In this document: one piece after another, positions 39,004 to 48,846 of the stretch
How positions within the stretch are numbered: position 1 is the stretch's first letter
Layout: each line of letters starts with the position of its first letter
Source: Pseudothermotoga sp.
GTDB lineage: Bacteria; Thermotogota; Thermotogae; Thermotogales; DSM-5069
Assembly: GCA_031962025.1 (NCBI GenBank)
Contig: JAVRKW010000011.1
Direction: 5' to 3' (one strand)
DNA: 58,984 nucleotides
Notes under the pieces: model-generated
Seen by the model: the letters and a program-made list of their open reading frames with translations, nothing else
Database searches by the model: none
Told to the model about the DNA's origin: nothing
Program-made: the position numbers and the translations under genes

Positions 39004-40494
39004 ATGGCTGTACTGAAAGGAAGCGGATTGAGCAAAAAGTTCCCCGGTGTTTTGGCACTCGATAATGTTGATATAGAAATCAAGTCGGGTAAAGTACATG
39101 CACTTGTTGGGGCAAATGGTGCTGGAAAAAGTACACTGGTTAAGATCCTGACTGGGTATTACGACAATTATGACGGCTTGGTTAAAATAGATGATCGAGA
39201 AGTAATTTTAAAAACGCCGTTTGATGCTCTTTACAATGGAATAGAAGTGGTTCATCAAGAAGTGGATACTCAATTAGTCCCAACTCTCACAGTAGCTGAA
39301 AATCTATATCTTGAGAATTTCACCAATTCTAGTACGATTATCTCTATGAAAGATCTTAGAAAGAGGGCCGAAAAAGACCTTAGAGATATAGGCTTTCCCA
39401 TACCAGCCCTTGAAAAAGTCGAGAATCTATCTTTGCACGAAAAGCAGCAGCTTGTAATAGCAAGGGCTTTGTTGCACAAAGTCAAATTTCTCATTCTGGA
39501 CGAGCCAACATCTTCTTTGAGTTTGATTGAGGCAGAAAAGCTCTTCAACATTGTGGAAAAGTTAAAAATGCATGATGTTGGAATTTTGTATATAAGCCAG
39601 AGGCTGGATGAAATCCAAATTGTGGCAGATGAAGTCACTGTTCTCAGAAATGGCAGAAAAGCGGCATATTTTGACCATGTACCACATCTTTCAAAAATAG
39701 TCGAAGCGATGCTCGATTCACCTCAAGAAAATCTTTTCCCCAAAAAAGAGCAAAGACAATTTGGAGAAGAAATCATGAGAGTAGAAAATCTCAAATGGAA
39801 GAACAGAGTTAAAGGTATAACTTTTGGGGTAAAAAAAGGTGAAATACTGGCTATCACGGGTTTGACAGGTGCTGGAAAAACAGAAACATTAAAAGCAATT
39901 TTTGGTGCTCTGTGCGCTGATGAAGGAAAAATTTTTGTAGATAACAATCGAATAAGAATTAAAAGCCCAGTTGATGCTATCAGAAACGGTATATATCTTG
40001 TTCCAGAAGAAAGAAGGAAAGAAGGACTGATTCTTGAAAAATCTGCAAGAGAAAATATAACTATACCATTTCTGGAGAACTTCTGCGGATTCTTAGGCAG
40101 AATACTCAAAAAGAACGAATGCAATCACGCTAAGAACTTAGCTGAAAAAGTTCGACTGGTACCCTTTGATGTCGAACGGCAGGTGCAGTATTTCTCCGGA
40201 GGAAACCAGCAAAAAATAGTCGTCAGCAGATGGCTTGGAGGTAGACCAAAAGTGCTTTTGCTTGATGAACCAACTCAAGGCGTTGATGTAGGAGCAAAAA
40301 AAGAGATATATCAACTTATCATGCAAGTTGCAAAAGAATCTGCCGTGGTTCTTGCTACCAGCGAAATAAATGAAGCTGCTGGAATAGCCGACAGGATATT
40401 GGTCATGAGAGACGGAAAAATTGTGGCAGAATTAACCTCTCAAAATGCAGATCCAAAAGTGATAATGAGCTATGCAGCGGGGGTGAAACCGTGA
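39004..40494 (+). CDS. Sugar ABC ATPase (RbsA-like)
   Basis: GANGAGKS, LDEPTS, PEERR, SGGNQQK, GVDVGAK. Confidence 0.95.
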   Translation: MAVLKGSGLSKKFPGVLALDNVDIEIKSGKVHALVGANGAGKSTLVKILTGYYDNYDGLVKIDDREVILKTPFDALYNGIEVVHQEVDTQLVPTLTVAENLYLENFTNSSTIISMKDLRKRAEKDLRDIGFPIPALEKVENLSLHEKQQLVIARALLHKVKFLILDEPTSSLSLIEAEKLFNIVEKLKMHDVGILYISQRLDEIQIVADEVTVLRNGRKAAYFDHVPHLSKIVEAMLDSPQENLFPKKEQRQFGEEIMRVENLKWKNRVKGITFGVKKGEILAITGLTGAGKTETLKAIFGALCADEGKIFVDNNRIRIKSPVDAIRNGIYLVPEERRKEGLILEKSARENITIPFLENFCGFLGRILKKNECNHAKNLAEKVRLVPFDVERQVQYFSGGNQQKIVVSRWLGGRPKVLLLDEPTQGVDVGAKKEIYQLIMQVAKESAVVLATSEINEAAGIADRILVMRDGKIVAELTSQNADPKVIMSYAAGVKP

Positions 40495-41501
40495 AAGATA
40501 AGATGACAAATTTTCTTCTCAAATATGGTGTAATAACTGCCCTGGTTGTTTTAATAGTTTTCTTTTCGCTGAGTACGAGATCTTTTTTCAGCTTAGACAA
40601 TTTCTTTGACATCCTAAGGGCTGTCTCAATTTTAACCATCGTGGCTATAGGTGTGACCTTCTCAGTGGTTGTCAATGGTATGGATGTATCTGTGGGAGCT
40701 GTAACAGGATTAGCTGTGATATTTTCTACTGCTTTGATGGTCATCTGGCAGATTCCATGGTACATAGCAATAATTAGCTCGTTATTAGCTGGTATTGGTA
40801 TCGGATTACTAAACTCATTTCTTATTTTGAAATTGAGAATACCAGATTTGCTTGCCACACTTGGGACATTGTATTTAGTGCAGGGTTTACAGATGTGGAT
40901 CACAAAAGGAGATGCAGTATACAGAGGTATGACAAATCCTTGGGATCCCATGCGCCAGGTTACGAAAGGATTCATACCTAAGGAATTTTTGACAATAGGA
41001 CAAGGTTTTGTGTTCAAAACCGAAAATTTTCGAGGTATACCCGTACCGGTCATCATAATGCTGTTTGTAGTACTGATCACCTGGTTCTTGCTTGAATTCA
41101 CCAGATTTGGCAGGGCTTTTTATGCAGTTGGTGGAAACATCGAAGCCGCAAGGTTAGCAGGTATACCGGTGAAAAAGTACAGAACAGCCGCTTACGTGAT
41201 AAGTGCTTTGCTCGCAACCCTTGGAGGTCTTGTCCTTGCCTCACGTATTGGTTCAGGTGCAGTCAAAGCGGGAGATCCTTATCTTCTGGATGCGGTTGCG
41301 TCAACATATTTTGGTTTTGCGGTACTCGGTGTCAGAAGACCCAACGTCTGGGGAACATTCCTGGGAGCAGTTTTCGTTGGAGTTATGTTAAATGGCCTTA
41401 CCATGTTAAACACGCCCTGGTACATACAGGATTTCATCAAAGGACTCGTTCTGGTTTCTGCACTGGGAATTAGTTTTGCCATACGCAAAGAATCGCGTTG
41501 A
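40491..41501 (+). CDS. Sugar ABC permease (RbsC-like)
   Basis: DVSVG, TRFGR..YAVGGN.EAARLAGI. Confidence 0.95.
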   Translation: MKDKMTNFLLKYGVITALVVLIVFFSLSTRSFFSLDNFFDILRAVSILTIVAIGVTFSVVVNGMDVSVGAVTGLAVIFSTALMVIWQIPWYIAIISSLLAGIGIGLLNSFLILKLRIPDLLATLGTLYLVQGLQMWITKGDAVYRGMTNPWDPMRQVTKGFIPKEFLTIGQGFVFKTENFRGIPVPVIIMLFVVLITWFLLEFTRFGRAFYAVGGNIEAARLAGIPVKKYRTAAYVISALLATLGGLVLASRIGSGAVKAGDPYLLDAVASTYFGFAVLGVRRPNVWGTFLGAVFVGVMLNGLTMLNTPWYIQDFIKGLVLVSALGISFAIRKESR

Positions 41502-41518
41502 TTGAGGAGGTTGAACAA

Positions 41519-42721
41519 ATGGAACAATTCAATGAGAGAACTGTTCTGGAATACGTGGAAAAAAACGATTTCAGAAAATCAATTCTCGGCAAAGGGAAAC
41601 TTTCAGCCGAATTGATTTCAGAAGGCAATGTCAATTTGATATTCCGCATTCGCAATATTGAAAATGAAAACTCTGTTATTCTCAAACAAGCCTTACCATA
41701 CGCATGGAGATATCCAGACTTCAAAATGCCAGTCGACAGACAGAGAATAGAGTATGAAACTCTCAGTATAGAATCACAGTATGTACCTGATCAAGTTCCA
41801 AAGATCTATTTTTATGACAATGAAGCACATGTTCTGGTTATAGAGGATCTCAAAGAGTTAAAAGTAATGCGTGAAGCTTTGATAGAGGGGAAGGTTTTTC
41901 CAAAAGTTGCTGAACATATCGGAACCTTCATGGCAAGAACGTTGTTTTATACTTCTGATCTTCATTTACCTTCAGGGAAGAAAAAAGAAATGGTGGTTAA
42001 TTTTACAAATCCTGTTTTGTGCAAAGTTCAGGAAGACCTGGTTTTCACACAACCTTATATTGATCATCCAAATAACAAATGGAGTAAACCCCTTGATGAA
42101 ATAGTGAGAAAGATTCATCAGGACGACAAAATAAGAGGAGAAATATTCTATTTCAAAGAGCTTTACATGACTAAATCTCAGGCTTTAATCCACAATGATT
42201 TGCACACAGGCTCGATAATGCTGAATGAAACAACTACGAAAGTGATCGATCCGGAGTTTGCGTTCTATGGTCCAATGGCACATGATATAGGAACCTATTT
42301 TGCAAACCTTGCAATTGCCTATGCAGCTCAGGAAGCTCATAGAACAGAAACCAGCCTGAGAAATTCTTACAGAAAGTGGATAATCGACTCTTTCGAAAAA
42401 ACGTGGGATGTTTTTCAGCGAGAGTTTTTGAATGCCTGGAAAAAAGATTCAAATGGTGAATGGCCTTCAGAAAGCTATAGAGAAAATTATATGCGTAGAC
42501 TTCTCAAAGAATCTGCTGGATTTGGTGCTGCTGAGATCTTCAGAAGAACTATAGGGATGGCACACGTTCACGATTTTTGGACAATAAAAGATGAAAACAT
42601 CAGGGCAAAATCAGAAAGTATCGCCCTGTACATAGCCATTAACTGGATCAACCTGTGGAAAGACATTGAAAAAATTCAAGATCTGTCGCAGGTTATGAAA
42701 GATTCAAAGCCATTGATCTGA
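41519..42721 (+). CDS. mtnK: 5-methylthioribose kinase family
   Basis: GNVNLIF, KQALPY, EDLVFTQPY, LIHNDLHTGSI, IDPEFAFYGP, RRTIGMAHV. Confidence 0.93.
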   Translation: MEQFNERTVLEYVEKNDFRKSILGKGKLSAELISEGNVNLIFRIRNIENENSVILKQALPYAWRYPDFKMPVDRQRIEYETLSIESQYVPDQVPKIYFYDNEAHVLVIEDLKELKVMREALIEGKVFPKVAEHIGTFMARTLFYTSDLHLPSGKKKEMVVNFTNPVLCKVQEDLVFTQPYIDHPNNKWSKPLDEIVRKIHQDDKIRGEIFYFKELYMTKSQALIHNDLHTGSIMLNETTTKVIDPEFAFYGPMAHDIGTYFANLAIAYAAQEAHRTETSLRNSYRKWIIDSFEKTWDVFQREFLNAWKKDSNGEWPSESYRENYMRRLLKESAGFGAAEIFRRTIGMAHVHDFWTIKDENIRAKSESIALYIAINWINLWKDIEKIQDLSQVMKDSKPLI

Positions 42722-42735
42722 GAGGAGGAAATGAT

Positions 42736-43764
42736 TTGAGCACGTTTAGATCTATAGAATGGAAAAAGGATAAACTTGTGCTTTTAGATCAAAGATATCT
42801 GCCAGAAAAAGCGATATATCTTGAATTGAAAACCGTTGATGAAGTAGCACAAGCAATAAAAGAGATGATTGTGAGAGGTGCTCCAGCAATTGGAGTGGCT
42901 GCAGCTTATGGAATGGTTCTCTGTGCACAAAAACTTTCGAAAAACGACGCTGAAGAACTTCAAAGGGCTGACAATCTCCTGAGATCTTCAAGACCAACTG
43001 CTGTCAATCTTTTCTGGGCACTTGATAGAATGAAAAAAATCTGGCATGGATTTACCGGTTCAGTTGACAATTTAAAGTTTCTTTTGGAAAAAGAAGCAAT
43101 AGATATTGAGCGTGAAGATGTTGAAATAAACAAACAGATAGCCAGAAATGGTGTTGATCTAATACCTTATGGAGCAAAGATAATTCATCACTGCAACACA
43201 GGGTCCTTAGCAACGGTTGATTATGGCACTGCTTTGGGAATAATAAGGTACGCACACGAAATAGGCAAGAAAATACACGTCTTCTTGGACGAGACAAGGC
43301 CAAGATTGCAGGGTACTCGTTTATCTGCATGGGAAATGAAAGAACTTGGAATACCTCATACTGTAATTGTAGATGGAGCCAGTGGGCTGGTTATGAAAAA
43401 ATTCAAAATAGACCTTGCACTTGTTGGAGCAGATAGAATAGCAGCCAACGGTGATACTGCAAATAAAATAGGAACTTACAATCTTGCTATCGTTGCCAAG
43501 TATCATAATATCCCATTCTATGTTGCTGCACCAACCAGCACAATTGATCTTCAAACACTCACAGGGAAAGATATTCCAATAGAAGAAAGAAATGCTGATG
43601 AAATTCGTCGCATAGGATATAACCAGCTCGTGCCACAGGAAAGTTTGGTCTTCAATCCGGCTTTTGATGTAACCCCCGCAGAATTGATTTCGGGTATTAT
43701 TACGGAAAAGGGTATAGTTTATCCACCATTTGAGAAAAATCTCAGAAAACTTTTCGAATCATAG
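42736..43764 (+). CDS. mtnA: 5-methylthioribose-1-phosphate isomerase
   Basis: LDQRYLP, VRGAPAIG, RPTAVNL, HCNTGSLAT, ETRP, GADRI, NKIGTY, NPAFDVTP. Confidence 0.96.
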   Translation: MSTFRSIEWKKDKLVLLDQRYLPEKAIYLELKTVDEVAQAIKEMIVRGAPAIGVAAAYGMVLCAQKLSKNDAEELQRADNLLRSSRPTAVNLFWALDRMKKIWHGFTGSVDNLKFLLEKEAIDIEREDVEINKQIARNGVDLIPYGAKIIHHCNTGSLATVDYGTALGIIRYAHEIGKKIHVFLDETRPRLQGTRLSAWEMKELGIPHTVIVDGASGLVMKKFKIDLALVGADRIAANGDTANKIGTYNLAIVAKYHNIPFYVAAPTSTIDLQTLTGKDIPIEERNADEIRRIGYNQLVPQESLVFNPAFDVTPAELISGIITEKGIVYPPFEKNLRKLFES

Positions 43765-43779
43765 CTTTGGAGGTGATGT

Positions 43780-44694
43780 TTGATGAACAATAGAGATATC
43801 AAGAAAATAGCAGATGGAATTAGACGCAGAGTACTTGAGTTCACAATAAGAAACGGTGGAGGCTATTTATCTCAAGCTTGTTCAAGTGCAGAAATTTTCG
43901 CTACCCTCTACACAAAGCTGATGAATATTGGCCCGTCAATAGCTCCAAAAATTCCACCTGCTTTTACCGGTGTGCCATCCAGAAACAACAGAGAATATTT
44001 TTCCGGTTATGGTTATAACGGACCAAAAGAGCCTCATCTTGATAGATTTTTTCTCAGCCCCGTGCATTACGCTCTTGTGCTGTATGCCACTCTTGTTGAA
44101 ACAGGTCGCATGCTCGCTGAAGGCTTGGAGATGTTCAATAAAGATGGCTATACAGTAGAGATGATAGGTGCCGATCATTCTCCTGGTCATGAATTGATGT
44201 CCGGTTCACTCGGTCAAACACTGTCGCAGGTTTTGGGAATAGCACTGGCAAGAAAAAGAAAAGGTGAAACTGGAAAAAACTGGGTTGTCATGTCTGATGG
44301 AGAATTCATGATTGGTCAGACATGGGAAGCAGTAGAAACGCTTTCTTTTTACAAAATAGATACTATCAAAGTAATAATCGATGCAAATGGGCAGTCAGCA
44401 GATGGAAAGATTGATACTGTAAATCAGATTGAACCATTGAAAACAAGATTGGAATCTTTCGGAGCAGTGGCAGTTGAAGTGAATGGACACGATGTACAAC
44501 AACTCATTGATGCGGCAAATGTTCCCCATGAATCAAAGCCTTTATTTATTATCGCAAGAACTGTCCCGTATCAGTGCATTGAAATACTCAAAAAAAGAGC
44601 ACCAAAATTTCATTACATAAGAATAACTAATGAGCAGGAAAAAGTTGAACTGCAGCAATTTTTACACGAAAGATTTGGGGGTGATTATAAATGA
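43780..44694 (+). CDS. Split transketolase-like enzyme, N-terminal ThDP-binding subunit
   Basis: DRFFLS, GSLGQ, SDGE....Q.WE, D.NG...DG, VNGHD. Confidence 0.88.
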   Translation: MMNNRDIKKIADGIRRRVLEFTIRNGGGYLSQACSSAEIFATLYTKLMNIGPSIAPKIPPAFTGVPSRNNREYFSGYGYNGPKEPHLDRFFLSPVHYALVLYATLVETGRMLAEGLEMFNKDGYTVEMIGADHSPGHELMSGSLGQTLSQVLGIALARKRKGETGKNWVVMSDGEFMIGQTWEAVETLSFYKIDTIKVIIDANGQSADGKIDTVNQIEPLKTRLESFGAVAVEVNGHDVQQLIDAANVPHESKPLFIIARTVPYQCIEILKKRAPKFHYIRITNEQEKVELQQFLHERFGGDYK

Positions 44695-45692
44695 GATTAG
44701 AAGCGCGAGTTCATGAAAGAAATCTTGTCAAATGGGCTGCTGATAAACCAGAGGTCGTTGTTTTTTCTGCTGATTTGACCAATTCTACAGAAATAGGTCT
44801 GTTCAAAGAAACTTACCCAGATAGATTCTATTCTTTCGGAATGACCGAACAGAATATGATGAGTGCAGCAGGTGGTATGGCGAGAGAAGGTTTCACACCA
44901 TTTGTACACACTTTTGCTGTTTTTATGTACAGAAGAGCATTGGATCAAATAGAAATGAGCATAGCCTATCCCAATTTAAAGGTGAGGATATTCGGTTTTT
45001 TACCCGGCATAACTACACCAGGAGGCGCATCCCATCAAGCAATAAATGATATCGGAATTTTGAGGACAGTTCCAAACATAACTATACTGGAAACTGGTGA
45101 TGCAACAGAAGTAGAAAGCGTTCTTGATGTAGCACAGTCAATCGATGGACCTGTTTATATTCGACAACTGAGAGGGCAGATACCAAGATTGTTCAAAGAA
45201 CCAATGAAACTTGGAAAAAGCAGAGTTTTGAGCAAAGGAAACGACATTGTTTTACTGACGAGCGGCATTATGACAGAAGAAGCTTTGAAAGCCACAACAG
45301 TACTCAAAAAGAATGGCATTTCCATAGAACACTTACATATCTCAACTCACAAACCATTTGGTGATAATACGATACTTGATGCAATTGAAAAGGCAAAATA
45401 TGGCGTGATCAGTATGGAAAATCACACAATCATTGGTGGACTTGGCAGTTCGGTTGCAGAATTGATGGCTGAAAATGGTATTGTCAAACGCCTTGTAAGA
45501 ATAGGTTTAAAAGATACGTACGCTCATGGTGGCAGTAAAGAATATTTGATGAGATACTACGGAATCGATGCTATGAATCTGGTAAGGAGTGTTGAAAATC
45601 TCATAGGTCAGAAATTAAACATCGAAGAAGAAGAACTTGTTGAACCACAGATAGATGAGATTGAACAATTTGTAAAAAGTGAAGATTTATAA
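44691..45692 (+). CDS. Split transketolase-like enzyme, C-terminal subunit
   Basis: SADL, GMTEQNM, TFAVF, GASHQ, GPVYIR, ENH...GGLGS. Confidence 0.92.
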   Translation: MRLEARVHERNLVKWAADKPEVVVFSADLTNSTEIGLFKETYPDRFYSFGMTEQNMMSAAGGMAREGFTPFVHTFAVFMYRRALDQIEMSIAYPNLKVRIFGFLPGITTPGGASHQAINDIGILRTVPNITILETGDATEVESVLDVAQSIDGPVYIRQLRGQIPRLFKEPMKLGKSRVLSKGNDIVLLTSGIMTEEALKATTVLKKNGISIEHLHISTHKPFGDNTILDAIEKAKYGVISMENHTIIGGLGSSVAELMAENGIVKRLVRIGLKDTYAHGGSKEYLMRYYGIDAMNLVRSVENLIGQKLNIEEEELVEPQIDEIEQFVKSEDL

Positions 45693-45885
45693 GATATAAG
45701 AAGGGTAGGGACAATGGTCTGTACATAACAAGCAGAAATAACATGGCGATAAAAATGGTATACAGAAATAAGAAACCTGTTGATGGATACAGTTATGAAT
45801 TAAAACAGGCAAAGATTTCTGGCATATTTTCTGTCCAACCTGTAGAGATTGGAGCATCTATGTGACATTAGTGAGGTGAATTAAA

Positions 45886-47025
45886 GTGGTTAGATACGAA
45901 ACCAAATACCATTTCAGCCAGGAAAGATTTAGAGTAAAATATCAGATATTTGAAGAGGATAAAAAAGCGAAGAAAATTGCTGAAGCAATCTGTATTGAAC
46001 AAACTATTGAATTTCCGATAGAACTCACAGGGAATTCAATCAGAGAAAATGTTGTTGGAAGAATCGAAGAAATTCAAAACGATCAGAACACCACAACCGT
46101 TACGATAAGCTATCCTGTTGAGATTGTCGGAAAAGAACCAACACAATTTTTCAATGTAATTATGGGAAACTGTAGCTTATTTCCAAACCTGAAGATAGTT
46201 GATCTTCAACTTTCCCCCTCCGTAGAAAATATCTTTCCCGGCTCGCTTTATGGTATTTCAGGATTGAGAAAGCTGTTTTCCATATACGATCGACCGCTTC
46301 TTGCAACAGCCATTAAACCAATGAGCCTTTCAGCGCAGGAGCTTGCTGAAATGGCTTATCATCTTGCACTCGGCGGTATAGATATCATAAAAGACGATCA
46401 CGGTATAGCTGATCAGTCATTTTCGAAATTTCAGGATCGTGTTGCAAAAGTAACAGAGGCAATCTGCAAGGCAAATCGTGAAACCGGATTCCATACGATT
46501 TATGCTCCAAACATAACAGCTAATGAAAAAATCATGCTTAAGCGAGCAGAATTTGTCAAAGAAGCTGGAAGCGGTGCACTGCTTGTGTCACCGGCTCTGA
46601 GCGGATTCAGTAGTTTTATCACTTTGAGAGAAAATAACGATCTTCCTATTTTGAGCCATCCAGCCTTTCTTGGTGGATATCTCTCTATCATGGATTTTGA
46701 TGTTCTGTTTGGAACAATACAGCGTATGATAGGTGCCGATGTGGTGATATTTCCAAATTACGGTGGTCGTTTCACCTTCTCAAGAGAAGACTGCCGCAAA
46801 ATAAATCATGGGCTCAAGAAACCTTTTGGCTCATTCAAAACGGTTTTCCCATCTCCCGCGGGAGGCATGAATATCGATGTCACTTCTGATATGGTCTCTT
46901 TTTACGGTAAAGATGTTGTGTTATTAATAGGAGGAGCTCTCCATAAAATGGGATCAGATCTTACGGAAAATGTCAGAATTTTTAGAAAACAGATCGAAAA
47001 AATTTCTAAACCTTCTGATAGTTAA
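45886..47025 (+). CDS. RuBisCO-like protein (form IV, KDDH type)
   Basis: EQT, IKP, GGIDIIKDDHG, YAPNIT, HPA, GADVVIFPNYGGRF, PSPAGG, IGG. Confidence 0.93.
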   Translation: MVRYETKYHFSQERFRVKYQIFEEDKKAKKIAEAICIEQTIEFPIELTGNSIRENVVGRIEEIQNDQNTTTVTISYPVEIVGKEPTQFFNVIMGNCSLFPNLKIVDLQLSPSVENIFPGSLYGISGLRKLFSIYDRPLLATAIKPMSLSAQELAEMAYHLALGGIDIIKDDHGIADQSFSKFQDRVAKVTEAICKANRETGFHTIYAPNITANEKIMLKRAEFVKEAGSGALLVSPALSGFSSFITLRENNDLPILSHPAFLGGYLSIMDFDVLFGTIQRMIGADVVIFPNYGGRFTFSREDCRKINHGLKKPFGSFKTVFPSPAGGMNIDVTSDMVSFYGKDVVLLIGGALHKMGSDLTENVRIFRKQIEKISKPSDS

Positions 47026-47073
47026 ACTAAAAGCAAGTGGTTTTTAGGTATCATTTAAGGGAGAGAATCTTCA

Positions 47074-47991
47074 ATGCTTGGTTTTCAAAACTACGAAGAT
47101 CTACTGACTATAGTTGCTTGGATGTATTACGTGGATGAATATACACAACAACAAATAGCTGAAGAACTGGGTATAACAAGAACAAAAGTCAGCAGATTAC
47201 TTTCTGCAGCTAAAAGTCAGGGAATTGTGGAGATTCGAATAACTCAATCTCTGCCCGAATACTATGTTCTTGAAAAAGAGTTGAAGAGGCGTTTTAAACT
47301 GAAAATAGCGGTTGTTGCACCAGAAGATAGAAACTTACTCGGGCAATTTGGTGCTGAATCTCTCTTGAGATTCATAAGCGAACATAAACCATCCAGAGTT
47401 GGGCTTGGATGGAGCACAACTGTCAGCTCTATGGCTCCGCATTTGATCCGAAGAAATATGCAAATATATCACAAATGTTCTATTCACGATCTAACTGGTA
47501 GCTTCATTGGCCAGAGGAATCCATACAGTATAAGTTGGATACTGGCTGAGACAATAGGTGCTCAATACGTTCCTTTAGCCGTACCTGTACTTGTGGAAAA
47601 TCCTTCGATAAAAGAGGAACCTTCCATAAAAAGAGCCCTGGAAGAAGCCTCCGAAGTTGACGTGGCCTTCGTTGGAATGGGATGTATAGGTCAGGAAAGT
47701 ACTCTACTAAAGACAAAGTTGGTTTCTCAAGAGACAATGAGACAGCTTGAAAAACAAAATTGTGTTGGAGAAGTTTTGATGAGATTTTTCGATGATCAGG
47801 GAAAACCTGTACAAACTCCTCTCGATGATAGAATAATCTCCATTGATTGGAAAGCCATTCAGAAAATACCAGTGTTTGTAATAATGGCAGCAGGAAAAGA
47901 AAAAGTCTTACCACTTAAAGCTGCGTTAAAAGGTGGTTGGGTTTCAGGATTAATAACAGATCTTTGCACAGCAAAAAGTTTGCTTGAATAA
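47074..47991 (+). CDS. SorC/DeoR(Bacillus)-family sugar-phosphate-binding regulator
   Basis: VAWMYY...TQQQIA..LG..R.KVSRLL..A...GIVEI; GWSTT; LITD. Confidence 0.93.
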   Translation: MLGFQNYEDLLTIVAWMYYVDEYTQQQIAEELGITRTKVSRLLSAAKSQGIVEIRITQSLPEYYVLEKELKRRFKLKIAVVAPEDRNLLGQFGAESLLRFISEHKPSRVGLGWSTTVSSMAPHLIRRNMQIYHKCSIHDLTGSFIGQRNPYSISWILAETIGAQYVPLAVPVLVENPSIKEEPSIKRALEEASEVDVAFVGMGCIGQESTLLKTKLVSQETMRQLEKQNCVGEVLMRFFDDQGKPVQTPLDDRIISIDWKAIQKIPVFVIMAAGKEKVLPLKAALKGGWVSGLITDLCTAKSLLE

Positions 47992-48011
47992 CTTTTGCCA
48001 TAGGGAAAACA

Positions 48012-48839
48012 TCAACTGTTCCTGGGATCTAAGACATCTCTTAGCCCGTCGCCAAGGATGTTAAGACTCAGCACGATTACGGCAATGACAAAGCCTGGGA
48101 ACAGCGTTATCCACGGAGCACTGAGCAAAAATGCCGTGCCCTGACCAACAAGACCTCCAAGGGTTGGTTCTGGCGGTGGCACGCTGAGCCCGAGAAAACC
48201 AAGTGAGGCTTCGGTGAGGAAGGCTGTGGAAAGATTAGTTGTGAAGGTGACTATTAGAACCGACGATAGATTGAGCAATACATCACTGAGCATTATTTTA
48301 AAATCGCTTTTTCCTATCACCTTTGATGCTTTCACAAACAGGCTCTCTCTGATCGATAAAGCCGCACCACGCACTGTTCTTGCAAAAATTGGTATGTAAA
48401 CCACGCCTATGGCGATTATCAAATTCACGAGACTTGATCCAAAAAGAGCCACGATGAACAGCGCCAGTATCAGAGAAGGAAAAGCAAAAAATCCATCACA
48501 GATTCTCATTATAATCAAATCCCAGACTTTGCCGTAATAACCGGCGATGAGCCCGAGAATTGTGCCGATGAAAGAGGCAATCAAAATAGAACTGAAGGCG
48601 ATTATCACACTCTTTTGAAGTCCAAAAATACACCTTGAAAAAATATCCCTGCCAAACTGATCTGTTCCGAAAATATGCTTCATAGATGGACTTTCAAGAA
48701 TTGCATCGTAATCCATTGAATAAGGACTATATCTGGCAAAAACATCTGGAAAAGCCGCAATTATAAATATCACAATTAAGATAGCTGAAAAAATCAGATT
48801 CAAAGGATTTCTGAAGAGTTTTTTGACCGTTCTGTTCAT
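48012..48839 (-). CDS. Opp/Dpp-family ABC permease (C)
   Basis: HIFGTDQFGRD, EASLGFLGL. Confidence 0.93.
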   Translation of the reverse strand: MNRTVKKLFRNPLNLIFSAILIVIFIIAAFPDVFARYSPYSMDYDAILESPSMKHIFGTDQFGRDIFSRCIFGLQKSVIIAFSSILIASFIGTILGLIAGYYGKVWDLIIMRICDGFFAFPSLILALFIVALFGSSLVNLIIAIGVVYIPIFARTVRGAALSIRESLFVKASKVIGKSDFKIMLSDVLLNLSSVLIVTFTTNLSTAFLTEASLGFLGLSVPPPEPTLGGLVGQGTAFLLSAPWITLFPGFVIAVIVLSLNILGDGLRDVLDPRNS

Positions 48840-48846
48840 AGTACTA

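Noticed and set aside
45886..47025. Carbon-fixing RuBisCO
   Set aside because: Short (379 aa), KDDH rather than KDDE, no PRK or small subunit; form IV
36201..47991. tRNA-Ser-anchored integrative island carrying the RLP operon
   Set aside because: No integrase and no tRNA 3' duplication seen; panC lies between
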